Of a DNA stretch of 64,000 nt, positions 1 through 12,530 are shown one piece after another (positions within the stretch are counted from its first letter, which is position 1; each line of letters starts with the position of its first letter). The translations under genes and the position numbers were made by a program. Source of the DNA: Paraspadella gotoi (lineage: Eukaryota > Animalia > Chaetognatha); the NCBI GenBank assembly GCA_051294375.1, contig CM119271.1:8175788-8239787 (forward strand). Direction: 5' to 3'. Below the pieces are notes generated by a model. The model was not told the DNA's origin and searched no databases. It was given only the letters and a program-made list of their open reading frames with translations.

Positions 1-309
1 TTTTTATGCCAATCTAAATATCTTTATAATTTAGGTAATCTGCTGCACACATTTGACACGGTTTTCTTTTAATTTCTTATCATATATTAACTTTTCTTTT
101 CTCTTTTCTTCATCTCTATTTCTTCCTACTCTTCTTTTCTCCCCTCCAATCTATATGATTTACCTTTCTTTTCTCTTTTTTTTTCTTCTCTATCTTTTTA
201 TCTCTTCTCTTCGACTTATCTTTTCTCTCGCTTGCATTGTTTCCATTTTTCACCTCTCCAACTCCCGAGTCTCTCGACCGAAGATAATTCTTTCAATCTG
301 TTCTTTTCT

Positions 310-343
310 CGCTTCGCCTCTTTCTCTTTCTTCTCTCTCTTCT

Positions 344-378
<35 letters not shown>

Positions 379-524
379 GCTCTCTCTCTTCTCTCTCTCT
401 CTCGTTGTCTCGCTACTCTCTCTCTCTCTCTCCCTCTCTCTCTCTCCTCTCTCTCTGCGTCTCTCGTCTCTTCTTTCCGGTTGTCTGTTTCCTTCATCTC
501 TCTCTCGTCTCTCTTGCTCTCTCT

Positions 525-584
<60 letters not shown>

Positions 585-740
585 CATTGTCTCGTTCTCT
601 ATCCTTGTTTCAGCTTCTCTTTGCAACGTCACTCCAAGACAGGAACGAGCAAATGCACGACGACGACGACGAGACGACGACGACGACGACGTTGACAACG
701 AATTGTCTTCCTTCAGATTTTTTTCCTTAAATCTCTCTCT

Positions 741-780
<40 letters not shown>
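310..780. repeat. (CT)n microsatellite tracts with an internal (GAC)n run
   Basis: Long CT dinucleotide runs and GACGACGAC at ~657-690. Source of the SLSL/RERE ORFs. Similar GA/CT tracts recur across the window (e.g. 3660-3765, 9000-9060, 35130-35185, 39785-39850, 56953-57000). Confidence 0.95.
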
Positions 781-783
<3 letters not shown>

Positions 784-1728
784 TCACTCACGCACATCGC
801 CTCGAGCACTCTGTTACTACGAGAACTGATTAGATTTTACCTTTGAGAGAAATCAATCGCCAGTTCGCCCTCCCTTTTACCTCCCCCCTCCCCCACTCCT
901 CCCGGCCCCCCAACTCCATAATCTTCTTTTTTCCTTCAATTGCTTTGTCCGCCCAAAACTCCTTTGCATCATTCTCGTTCTTCCCGACTGCCCAATTCTT
1001 CCTTTCCCCTTGATAGTATTATAACATCTCTGCGCAAATCTGCTACTAATAATTCCACTTCTTCGTAATTTTAAGTTCGTATTTTTAACACCAACTCATT
1101 CTTTCCAAGACCTTTTTTTCTCCTCCTCAAATTTAAAATTCTTACCTCACAATCATCTTTATTCCCCAAATCCATTTATTTTTTCATCTGAATCATCTTC
1201 CCCACATCTAAATCCTAATTTTCCCTCCAACAAATCAAATCCCTTCTCTCCAAATCATCTTTCCTTCCCCAAATCCATTTTTCAATCTATAAAAATCTCT
1301 TCCCTCCCTCCAAATCCCTCCCACTAAATCCTCATCCCTTCCCACATCTTCTTACCTCCTTCCATTCCCCTTCTCCTATCCCTAAATCTAATTCCCTCCC
1401 ACCAAATCCGCATTCCCCTCCTCCAAATCCGAATTCCCCCACCAAATCCTCATCCCCTCCTCCAAATCCTAATTGCCTCCATCAAATCCTAATCCTCCAA
1501 ATCCGAACTCCCTCCCATTAAATCCCCCTCCCTTCCCACATCCTCTAACCAAATCCTCTTCCTTCTCCCTAAAATCCTTCTTCCCATCCTCCCAACCCAA
1601 CTCCCCATCTCTACCCCCACTTTTCCAACCCTCAATTTCCTCCCACCCCCTGCACCCCCAGGGGGCGTTCCTAGTAAACAAAAAGAGCGAATCTCTAAGA
1701 ATTCGCTTGACTTCGAAAATTGGTTGTG

Positions 1729-1765
<37 letters not shown>

Positions 1766-1945
1766 GATAGGGTAAGGATGGGTTTAAAAACTAATTCAGG
1801 TAAGTGTGGTTAGGGGATTTAGTAAAAATGTTCCATTAGGAATATGGGGCGTTGCAGAAATGTATATTAAGTTAAGGATTGAGTCGAACTGAATGATACT
1901 GAAGACGAGGTTGTGGTAGTTATTATATTTAATACATATTGGAGT

Positions 1946-2655
1946 TGTGGCGGTATATTCACACGCCTCACGTCCACCATCGTTAGCCAAATCCATTGGC
2001 TCAGAGGGGAACACACCATCCCAGGGTAGTGTTCCATCCACAGTCCTAATGACTTCCCTCTTGCGTTGCAAAGCGAGACCGTCCTAGGGTAACCGCGCCA
2101 GTGACTGGATGCGTCACTGAGGGTCGGAAGCCCCAAAGCCAACAGTGAGATGCCCCATCCCAATGGGCATCACAGGCAACCCGGCTGTTGCCATTAAGGA
2201 GTGAGCCCTACTATCGACACGCAACTTCTCAGGGTACGCTACAACAAACGCCTATGCCCTGCCGACTTTGGGTACGCTACGACAAAACAGCCTATGCCGG
2301 GGTACGCTACGACAAAACGCCTATGCCCCCCAACTCGCGCTCTCCTCCTCTCTCCCACTATGTGACGTCTTGTCAGACATTCAGGCTGAGGAACCGAGTT
2401 GATGTCTTGGTCCGGGGATCCTGTGGCGTATATTCCAACCGCCTCACGTCCACCATCGTTCAGCAAATCCATTGCTCAGAGGGACACACATCCCAGGCGT
2501 AGTGTCCATCCACGTCCTAATGATTCCCTCTGCGTTGGCAAGGGACCGTCCTAGGGTAACCGCGCCGTGACTGGATGCGTACTGAGGTCGACCCCCAAAG
2601 CCAACAGTGAGATTGCCCCATCCCAATGGGCATCCATGCACCGGCTGTTGCCATA
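1946..2655 (+). mobile_element. LTR-like unit present twice in direct orientation (1946-~2196 and 2422-2655); candidate TRIM or duplicated solo LTR
   Basis: Both units start TGTGGCG and end CTGTTGCCAT(T)A. GAGT lies at 1942-1945 and 2656-2659 (4-bp TSD). A-box-like TGGCTCAGAGG at 1997-2007. The spacer holds three GGGTACGCTAC(G)ACAAA(A)C..CCTATGCC repeats. The 3' half is homologous to 11478-11734 (minus). Confidence 0.7.
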
Positions 2656-3693
2656 GAGTGTCCTTAAGTATCTATGACAAATAACATCAATAGTGGGAAC
2701 CTCGCTGAATGTAGATTCAGATCGAGACAACGGGACTTGATAATGAAGATTCTTATAAAGTTTGAACGTAATCTAAAAAAAAAAGAAATAAGAAACGAAA
2801 TGTAAACGACGAAGTAGAAAAACTGAGTTGATAACAACGACAACGAAACTGAGGTTTACGCGATAAATGACAACGAACGAAGCCGAAGACGACGAAGCTG
2901 ACAAGGATGCCGACCATGACGAAGAGGAAAAGAATGATGAAGGTCGCTGACGTCTGGTCGTTCGCCTTCATCTCCGCGGGAAAATCGCTAAAAGAGAGAT
3001 ATTATATATTTTTGGTTTCTCTCTCTAGCGATTTTGTACTCAAAAAATACTTAAGTAAAATCACTTTCTAGTAAGATAACGAAATACTTACTTGTTCTCT
3101 TTGTTCGACCTTAAGTTTTTGTCTCTTTTCTTTTCTTCTTCTCTTAAACTTAACCTTAATTTCCTTTCTTTTCCTTTCTTCTTCCTGACCTCAATTCGAC
3201 GTCTGCTTCGATTAATCGGGGAATTAACTTGCAGCGGAGTGTCAACAATGGAGAGCTTTGTTATAGATAACAGGACAAAGAGAGGAGAGAGGAAAGGGAA
3301 AAAGAGGAAGAAGAGAAAATAAGAGGAAGAGAGAAATGAAAGAGAAACCTTACAAAAAAAGAGGAAACCTTGCCTTAAAAAAGGGAAAAAAAATAAACAA
3401 GGGAGAAAAGTAAAGAGACAAAAGACAAAGAAAAAAGTTAAAGGATATCGAGAAAAGGAGAAGGAAAAAGATAATAGAAAATAGAAAATAGATATAAAGT
3501 GAAAATGAAATACAGGGGGAAAAACTTAGATAACCCTGGAAACTTAAAACACTTTCGATACTAAAATCATCTCAGCGAAGAAAAGAAAAAAAATCCTTTC
3601 TTCTGTTTACTTTATCTTTTGGTCGCAAAGTTGCAGGCAAAAAGGTTTTTACCGTCTCCGCATCTCTCTCTCTCTCTCTCTCTCTCTTCTCTG

Positions 3694-3766
<73 letters not shown>

Positions 3767-4159
3767 GCTGTTCAAACACGAGTTTTCTTTTCCAGGAAAA
3801 ACCCGCGCGCGGAACGAAGTCGCGAGGACCCTCGCTGGGTTAGACCGGCTTTCTGACCAACCTACTCAATACTCAATACTACTATATATATATATTTTAC
3901 CGTTGCCATCGTCTTTATTAAATTATCTTACAATTTAGACTAAGTAACTAGTACAGTCTGAGCAGTGAGCACCCACTTTTTCGGCACAGGTATCTTTCAA
4001 GGAATACTTTACTTCGTTAATGAGCTGTAGTCTCCGGCACGCACCACCCTAGTACTTTTTCAGACATGCCTCCCTCGCCCTTTAACAAGCCCCCTGCTCA
4101 TCCTCCTGTCTGATCTATCCCCATTTCTTGTTCGCGCGACCCCGGGTCACCCTGGAATT

Positions 4160-4217
<58 letters not shown>

Positions 4218-4242
4218 NNNNNNNNNNNNNNNNNNNNNNNNN

Positions 4243-4286
<44 letters not shown>

Positions 4287-5441
4287 TCTCTCTCTCTCTC
4301 TCCTCGCACGTGCTCTCTCTCGCTCTTCTCTCTTTAAGTCATAGAGAGAGCGAGAGAATTTCAGGTTAGATTTATTATGCTCAATAAAGAGGCGAGAGAG
4401 AGAGAGTCCACTAATCATTACCCGTACTTTCCAGAAGTCGATTGTCGAACTCATCAACAATCCACACAAATGTAGTTTGTCGGTAAATAGTTTTTTCTAT
4501 ATATTCTTTTTTCTCTTTCTTACGGTCATTATTACACTTTATGTAATTAATTTTTAATTTATTAATTTCTCACCATTATATCCGAGTTTTATTATAGCCT
4601 CCTCAATTATTTTACCTCTCCTGCACCATTATGTTTCTCTCCTGATTCGTTTTTCTTTTTTCCCTTCTTCCTCCACTCTTCCATCCCCTTCCTTCCTACT
4701 CCATCCCTCTTTCCCCTCCCTTCTTCACCATCTCTCCTCCACCTCCCCCCCCCACAAAAACTCCTCCGAGAGGGGGGGAGGGAAGTTTTTGTTTTGGTCA
4801 AAAAAAAAAAAACCTCAGGTGGAGATTTGCGAAAGGGAGCGTTTATTCCAAGGTTGAACGAAAAAGCCAGACCAGATTTTTTGGGCGGAGATGAAAGTTG
4901 AGAAAGGCTGAGGAAATTCTTGGGGTGGGGGTCCAGAAGAGAGAGGGGAGTGGGAAAAAAACTGGAAAAAAAAATACTTATTTTAGTTATATTTTAAAAG
5001 TTAAGTAGGATTTTATGAGATATTTTGCTTTTCGAGAAACTTGTTCGAAATAAGGATTACGACGAAGGAAAATTTTTAATTTTTATTTTTTTTTTTTTCG
5101 TAATCCTTAGTTTATCAAAGTTTTCTAAAATTAATACTACGTTACTTTACTTGTATAAGTATATTTGGAGTTGGTTTCATTGAGAAATTACGAATAATTT
5201 TTTTTCATAAAAACTACACTGATAACAAAAATATAACAAAAGACACTAAACATCAAAACTTATAACATTACAAAAAATGTAAAAACTACCTCATAAAAAA
5301 CTTTTAAAACAAGATGAAACATGCCAGGAGGAAAACTTATCAAAACGGAATTATGAAATTTACATTATTTTAATTATTAATTTATTTGATACTGTTACTA
5401 ATGTTTGTATTCAAATATGTTAATATCGTTTTAGTATTAAT

Positions 5442-5655
5442 AATAACAAAGTTTTTTGATTTAATTTGTACAACGATTTTATTTTGTATGTTAGCAGACA
5501 TGTTTCGGCTCATAAATTCGAGCTTCACCAGCGCTTTTTACTGAGCTTTTTATGAGACCGAAACATGTCTTGCTAACAGACAAAATAAAATCGTTGCACA
5601 ATTAAATCAAAACTTTGTTATTCTGCTCAAAAACAACGAAAGAAAGATTATACCA
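5442..5655 (+). mobile_element. Short Penelope-like pLTR fold-back (duplicate of 6979-7190)
   Basis: Inverted arms AATAACAAAG...CTTTGTTATT followed by the same 3' tail as 43593-43625. Minus-strand hammerhead at 5493-5535 with a CTGGTGA core. Confidence 0.7.
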
Positions 5656-6978
5656 CGAGGTTTTTTTAAAAAAAAAATTCTTCTTAAATAATTATCTTTT
5701 ATATCACCAATCACAAGATGGTGACTTTTTCATTCCATTCGGGGGAAGATCCAGGCCCTCACGTGGTGTTCTCAGGATTGAATAGTTATCGATCTAGTGG
5801 TTAATTTGTTGGTTCCTTTCCATCTGAAATTATCTCTCTCTCTCTCGTCGCACGTGCTCTCTCTCGCTCTCTCTCTTTAAGTCATAGAGAGAGCGAGAGA
5901 ATTTCAGGTTAGATTTATTATGCTCAATAAAGAGCGAGAGAGAGAGAGTCCACTAATCATTACCGTACTTTCCAGAAGTCGATTGTCGAACTCATCAACA
6001 ATCCAACAATGTAGTTTGTCGGTAAATAGTTTTTTTCTATTATTCTTTTTTTTTTCTTCTTTACGTCATTATTAACTTTCTTCTGTAAATTATTTTTAAT
6101 TTATTAATTTCTCACCATTATATCCGAGTTTTATTATGCCTCCTCAATTATTTTTACCTCTCCTGACCCATTATGTTTCTCTCATGATTCGTCTTCTTCT
6201 TTTCTTCCTTCTTCCTCCCTCCTTTCCTCCCCTTCCTTCCTACCTCCATCCCCTTTCCCCCCCTCTTCCACCATCCTCCTCCACCGTCCACAAACTTCCT
6301 CCGAAGAGGGGGGGGGGAAGTTTTGTTTTGGTCCAAAAAAAAAAAAAACCTCAGGTGGAGATTTGCGAAAGGGAGCGTTTATTCCAAGGTTGAAACGAAA
6401 AGCCAGACCAGGATTTTTTGGGCGGAGATGAAAAGTTGAGAAAGGCTGAGGAAATTCTGGGGTGGGGGTCCAGAAGAGAGAGGGGAGTGGGAAAAAAACT
6501 GAAAAAAAATACTTATTTTAAGTATATTTAAAAGTTAAGTAGGATTTTATGAGATTTTGCTTTTCGAGAACTGTTTCGAAATAAGGATTACGACGAAGGA
6601 AAATTTTTAATTTTTTTATTTTTTTTTTTTTTTTTTCGTAATCCTTAGTTTATCAAAGTTTTCTAAAAGTAATACTACGTTACTTTACTTGATAAGTATA
6701 TTTGGAGTTGGTTTCATTGAGAAATTACGAATATTTTTTTTCATAAAAACTACACTGATAACAAAAAATATAACAAAAGACACTAACATCAAAACTTATA
6801 ACATTACAAAAATGTTAAAAACTACCTCATAAAAAACTTTAAAAACAAGATGAAACATGCCAGGAGGAAAACTTATCAAACGGAATTATGAAATTTAACA
6901 TTATTTAATTATTAATTGTTATTGATACTGTTACTAATGTTTGTATTCAATAATGTTAATATCGTTTTAGTTATTAAT

Positions 6979-7190
6979 AATAACAAAGTTTTGATTTAAT
7001 TTGTACAACGATTTTATTTTGTATGTTAGCAGACATGTTTCGGCTCATAAATTCGAGCCTTCACCAGCGCTTTTTACTGAGCTTTTTATGAGCCGAAACA
7101 TGTCTGCTAACATACAAAATAAAATCGTTGTACAAATTAAATCAAAACTTTGTTATTCTCTCAAAAACAACGAAAGAAAGGATTATACCA
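6979..7190 (+). mobile_element. Short, heavily 5'-truncated Penelope-like pLTR fold-back with degenerate hammerhead
   Basis: Arms of ~70 bp (6979-7051, ~7086-7157) plus 33-nt tail CTCTCAAAAACAACGAAAGAAAGGATTATACCA. Minus strand 7028-7071 reads AGCG-CTGGTGA-A-GGCTC..GAGCC-GAAA-CATG-TC-TGCT. Confidence 0.75.
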
Positions 7191-7700
7191 CGAGGTTTTT
7201 AATAAAAAAAATTCTTCTTTAAATAATTATCTTTATATCACCAATCACAAGATGGGCTTCATGCCATCGGGAAAACCAGCCCGTGTCGATGATCCGATTG
7301 TATTTTTGGTTCCGATTCCATCTGAAATAATATGATCACTAAGAAAAAACTTTCGCGTACTTGTTATTTGACAAACAAACAAACTAAAACCAAAATTACA
7401 ATAACGATAAAGGCGATTTTGTCGTCGTCGTCGGGACGGAATAATCTAATCCGGAACGAGGCTCAGCTGTTGACTAAATTGGGTCGCGGATTCTCTCTCC
7501 CCTGGGGGCAGCCATCTTGGCTGTTCGCCCTCAAAATGGAGGAGAGGGAATAGGGGGAGAAGGAGGAGGGGCGAAGAGGGGAAGAGGAGGAAGAGGAAAG
7601 ATCGAAGACCCGGAGACGAATGGGAAGGATAAATCTCGATCGAGTTATAAATAAACGCGAATCTTTTATGCCGCGAGAAAAAAGAGAGAGAGAAGAGAGA

Positions 7701-7746
<46 letters not shown>

Positions 7747-7864
7747 GAAGGAGAGAGAGATTATTGGTATACCACCTCTTCTTCGGATCTAAAATTTGTT
7801 CAACCTGAAACTCTTTCTTTCTTCAACGTTTTTCGTTGTTTGTTTTTCTTTCCTTCATTTCTTC

Positions 7865-7913
<49 letters not shown>

Positions 7914-8997
7914 TCTCTCTCTCTCTCTACTCTCTCTCCCTCTCTCCTTTTTCTTCTTCTCACGCGCCGTCAACAAAGGAGAGACCTTCGCTTCTCGTGT
8001 CCGCGCTCTCCTTCCCAAAAACTGGGAGCCTTCGAATCAACAACGTGAGGCCGGAAAGCCGGTTCTCTGCGGCCGCCGGAGGGCGATCTTTTGAAGCAGC
8101 CGCTGCCGTCGCTGCTGCCGCCGTAGAGACCAAAAAAAAGAACTTGGGGCAGAAAATGTAAGTTTTTCAGTCACATGGTTTCCGCAACATGTGAGATTTA
8201 GTGCACACAAAAAAAAAAACACCTTGGAAGTAAAGATCTTGCTGCAGAAACTTCAACTTGCGACAGTAGCAGCAGCTGGAGAATCGAATTCTCGGCGGCC
8301 GTTTCCGGATTTTAAGGATTTGAGCGAAACGATTTTCCGGTCGTCATTAAAAGCGAATCGCAACACGATCGCTTGTTGCTCATTGCAAACGGGGCCCCTC
8401 TTTTTCGCTTCCTTGGTGGGGTTTCTGCAAGAAAAAGGGAAAAAAAGTTTAAAATGACCATTGGGCACGGGTGGAGGACTTTGGTTAGTTGAGGGAAGAG
8501 AGGCTTTGGGGGGGAGGGGGAGTGGCGAGGCTGTGGGACGTGGGGGGGGGAAAAGAAAATGGAAAGGGGGGTCAGAAAGACAGGTAGGTTGGATAGACAG
8601 GAGTGAGTAGGTTAGGGTAGGAGGTAGGAACGAGAAGAAAAAAGATGTGTGGGTTAGTGGGGTGGGTAAGGTTTTGGTGGAGAAGGTTAGGGTAAGGACT
8701 GGATAAAATAATAGAGGTTTGGGCGTAGGTAAGGCGAAAGAAGTTGAGCCAAGGGAAAGAAGATTGGTACGGATTGGTTGGGTTCAAGAGGCAGAGCAGA
8801 AAGGGCAATGATGTCAGAGATGAGTTGGTGGGTTTGTTCCCGGGTGAGGTGGGGTGGGGTGGGTAATGGAGAAAAGAGGCGGAACCGAAAAGGCGGGTGA
8901 AATCGGGGACGATTTCAGATCTGAATCCCGGAAGCCGGATCTAAGAGGCCGGGAAAAAAAGGCCATAATACGCCCTCTTTCTTGGTCTTTTATTTCT

Positions 8998-9055
<58 letters not shown>

Positions 9056-9212
9056 AGAGAGACTGGCCGTTAGAGGGTGTTAGCTGCGGCGATAAAAGGA
9101 GAAGAAAACAAAAACAAAAAACACGAATTTGAATCCGAAAGAATCGTTTCAAGCGCCGCTTCCCGCGTGAAAAAAAAAGAGACGCATTTGGTCGACGTGG
9201 TTGTCGTCATGG

Positions 9213-9975
9213 GTGTCACGGATAGTCACCGTCAGCATCGCTTTGCATTAGGTAATTGTTGATATCTTAGTCACAGTTGGTCACAGTCGGCATCGCTTTG
9301 CATTAGGTCCTTGTTGATATCTTAGTCACAGTTGGTCACAGTCAGCATCGCTTGGCATTTAGGTTCTGTTGATATCTTAGTCACGGTTGGTCACAGTCGG
9401 CATTGCTTTGCATTATGTCCTTGTGATATCTTAGTTACGGTTAGTCACTGTCGGCATTACTTTGCATTAGGTTCTTGTTGATATCTTAGTTACGGTTAGT
9501 CACCGATAGCTTCGCTTTGCATTAGGTAATTGTTGATATCTTAGTCACAGTTGGTCACAGTCGGCATCGCTTTTCATTAGATCTTATTGATATCTTAGTC
9601 AGATGTGGTCACAGTCAGCGATCAGCTTCATTAGGTTCTTGTTGATATCTTAGTCACGGTTGGTCACAGTCGGCATCGCTTTGCATTAGGTTCTTGTTGA
9701 TATCTTAGTCACAGTTGGTCACAGTCGGCATCGCTTGGCATTAGGTTCTTGTTGATATCTTAGTCACGGTTAGTCACTGTCGGCATTACTTTGCATTAGG
9801 TTCTTGTTGATATCTTAGTTACGGTTAGTCACCGATGGCTTCGCTTTGCATTAGGTCCTTGTTGATATCTCAGTCACGGTTAGACACAGTCGGCATCGCT
9901 TTTCATTAGGTCTTTATTGATATATTAGTCACGGTTGGTCACAGTCGGCTTCGCTTGATATTTTAGTCACGGTTT
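9213..9975. repeat. 55-bp minisatellite, ~14 units
   Basis: Unit GATATCTTAGTCACAGTTGGTCACAGTCGGCATCGCTTTGCATTAGGTTCTTGTT starts at 9261, 9316, 9371, 9425, 9480, 9535, 9589, 9644, 9699, 9754, 9809, 9864 and 9919. Confidence 0.95.
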
Positions 9976-10500
9976 GTCTGAGGTGGTTACAGCCCAATTA
10001 ATTCGTGCTGGTCATTTTTTGCTGCGTCATTGTGGTCATTGGGCTGTTTTGGCATTTGTATAGTTCTTTAACCTTAGCCAATGGTCAATTTAGTCATCGT
10101 CGGCCGCAGAAGAGAACCGAGGATTATTAACATTTTGTTGTTTTTCTTCGAGCTTTGTTACAGTATTATCGACGTTCTTTGCCTTTATCCATCACAGCAG
10201 ATAACGGCGGGATAATGGTTAATTATGAAAAAGATACCTATCCAGCGTATATTTAAACGATTAATTTTTACCTAATCTTTCTTGTCTCCTTTCATTCTAT
10301 TCTTTAAACTCGTTATTAATATCTTTCCTCTCTCATCATTCTTCTCATTTTCTCTCTACTTCCCTGATCATCTTTTTTTTTTGCTCCTCTCTATTATTCC
10401 CAATTTTCTCCTCTCTCTCTCTCCCTCTCTTAATCCCCCGCAACAATCCCGCGAAAATGTAGATGGAGGGAAATCTCTGTCTCTTTTTTGATGCAAAGTG

Positions 10501-10549
<49 letters not shown>

Positions 10550-11053
10550 ACGCGGGTCGATCGGGTCAGAGACGACCGGCTGTTGAGGGTCGAGTCTGCA
10601 GCGTCGGACGAGCGTGTCGCTGCGCTGACCCGAACCGGCGCTACGCTGACACGCGCTGGCGCTACGCTGACATATGGTCATCTTGGCGATGACTAAACAC
10701 TGGAACGAAGGGGGGGAAACAATACAAAATAGTATTTCATGAGGTTGCTAATTACAAGACTATGTAGTTATTATCATTATTCTTATTATTAGTTCTCATA
10801 TGATCAAATGTCTATTTATACATAGATCTTCTCAAATTAAGATTTTAAAGAGGTATGCGAGGCTACGCATGTTGACCGCATGGGAATTATTTGAAGCATG
10901 GAAAGCAAAGAATGCTTTCTCTCTCGGCGACGCCAGACCGGTTTCCCCCCTTGAACCTTCAGCCTCATCNNNNNNNNNNGCAAAGAATGCTTTCTCTCAG
11001 GGCGACGCCAGACCGGTTTCCCCCCTGAACCTTCAGCCTCATCATTTTTTCCC

Positions 11054-11106
<53 letters not shown>

Positions 11107-11477
11107 CGGCTTCCCTCATTTCCCTCGCTTCGCCCCCTTTTGTTATGGGGTCGGGACCTTTGATCTCAAAACGTATTTCGCTATTCGGAGGTGGATTTTT
11201 TTTCTTTTGTTTCCCCGATTTTGCGAAGCTCGTTAAATATCGGATTTCGTTATATACAAGACCGAATTCGAATCGAGTAAGTTCGTCGGTTTAAAGATTA
11301 TTAAGGATTTGTGATTAGTTTTAAAGATTATGGAATAGAGGTATGGATAAGTAATTAGAATAAAGATTAGGGATTAGGGATTACGGTTGATTGGGGTTAA
11401 CGATTGAGTTAGGAATTTTGTAAAATTTTATGGCATTATATATTACGGTTAGAATTAAGTTCAGGAAACAAAGAACT

Positions 11478-11734
11478 TATGGCAACAGGAGAATAGCCTG
11501 TGATACCCGGGGCGCCGGGTATCTCACCAACTGGTGTAGGGGTTGCGGACCCTCAGTGACCGCCTCCTGTCACTGGCATGATTATACCGGCACCGTCACA
11601 TTTAAGCCAGAACCGGGATACCCGGGGATTGAACCCGGGACGCACGGATGGAATGAGATGATTTAGCCTGCTCAGCCATTGAGACGAGGCTGAGGACGGA
11701 CAGCAGTGAGGCAGCTTTAAGTCTTGCTGCCACA
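11478..11734 (-). mobile_element. Solo LTR-like element with internal tRNA-derived Pol III promoter (Helenus/TRIM-like)
   Basis: Minus-strand termini TGTGGCAGCA...TGTTGCCATA. AACT TSD at 11474-11477 and 11735-11738. A box TGGCTGAGCAGG (11667-11678) and canonical T-arm/B box CCGGG-TTCAATC-CCCGG (around 11626-11635). Confidence 0.75.
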
Positions 11735-11914
11735 AACTAATTATTTCCAAATTATGTTCGTGGCATCGCTTTATTCGAACAGTTTACACAGCTATTTTAA
11801 TAGATGATGAATTGTTAAAATATGGAAATCCAATTAGCACACTGCGAAAAAAAATGTTTTTTTTATCTCAACCAACTTTATCTAATCTCTTTTCTCTTGG
11901 TTCGTTGAAGAGCC

Positions 11915-11945
<31 letters not shown>

Positions 11946-11970
11946 GTGAGAGATGAGAGGAGAGAGAGAG

Positions 11971-12008
<38 letters not shown>

Positions 12009-12462
12009 AACCAGGTCTGACCGTTATAACTGTCTTCCTCCTATTTTGGGATGAGTGATTCCATCAAAGGGAGTTGCCCGTAATGGGAGGCCCGGTCGTG
12101 GAGGTAAGTGCTTCTTTGAACTGATTTTGATGACCGCCCATTCCGAGGGAAGGAGGAGGAAGAGGAGGAAGAGGAGGAGGAAAAATTGGGAGGGGTTAGC
12201 AGGGTAGGGTATTTGTTGGTGACAGGAACAAGGGGGTAGATGTTGAACCCCCAGGGGAAAAAGAGATTGGTAGGAAATGAAAAATGGATTGTATGTAGTA
12301 AATGGTAGTATAACTGACTTGATATATATATATGAAATCAGTACAATTGGTATTATCGATTTGATGAGAAGGAAGATGTAGAATATAGATTAGAGTCTAA
12401 GGATTAAGAAAATTGGGCAGAAAAAGAGAAAGGAGAAAGTTGTGAAGAGAAAAACGCTAGAA

Positions 12463-12530
12463 GTAGAATAGAATAGAATAGAATAGAATAGAATAGAATA
12501 GAATAGAATAGAATAGAATAGAATAGAATA
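12463..12530. repeat. (AATAG)n pentanucleotide microsatellite
   Basis: About 13 consecutive AATAG units, degenerating downstream. Confidence 0.95.

Larger units (their letters stand above)
4304..7330. repeat. ~1.5 kb tandem duplication (4304-5833 / ~5848-7330)
   Basis: Both copies run from CGCACGTGCTCTCTCTCGCTC...TTTAAGTCATAGAGAG to TCCATCTGAAAT. Differences are mostly single-base indels, and the first copy starts just after a gap. Confidence 0.9.

Noticed and set aside
53-846. Overlapping 197-225 aa ORFs rich in SLSL or RERE
   Set aside because: Translations of (CT/GA)n microsatellite. The same applies to dozens of similar ORFs in the track.
9213-9975. Regular repeat array as possible CRISPR or coding repeat
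   Set aside because: Units are contiguous with no unique spacers, there are no cas genes, the context is eukaryotic, and the 55-bp period is not a multiple of three.
10906-11044. 64-bp direct repeat around a 10-N gap
   Set aside because: Contig-end overlap left unmerged, not a biological repeat.
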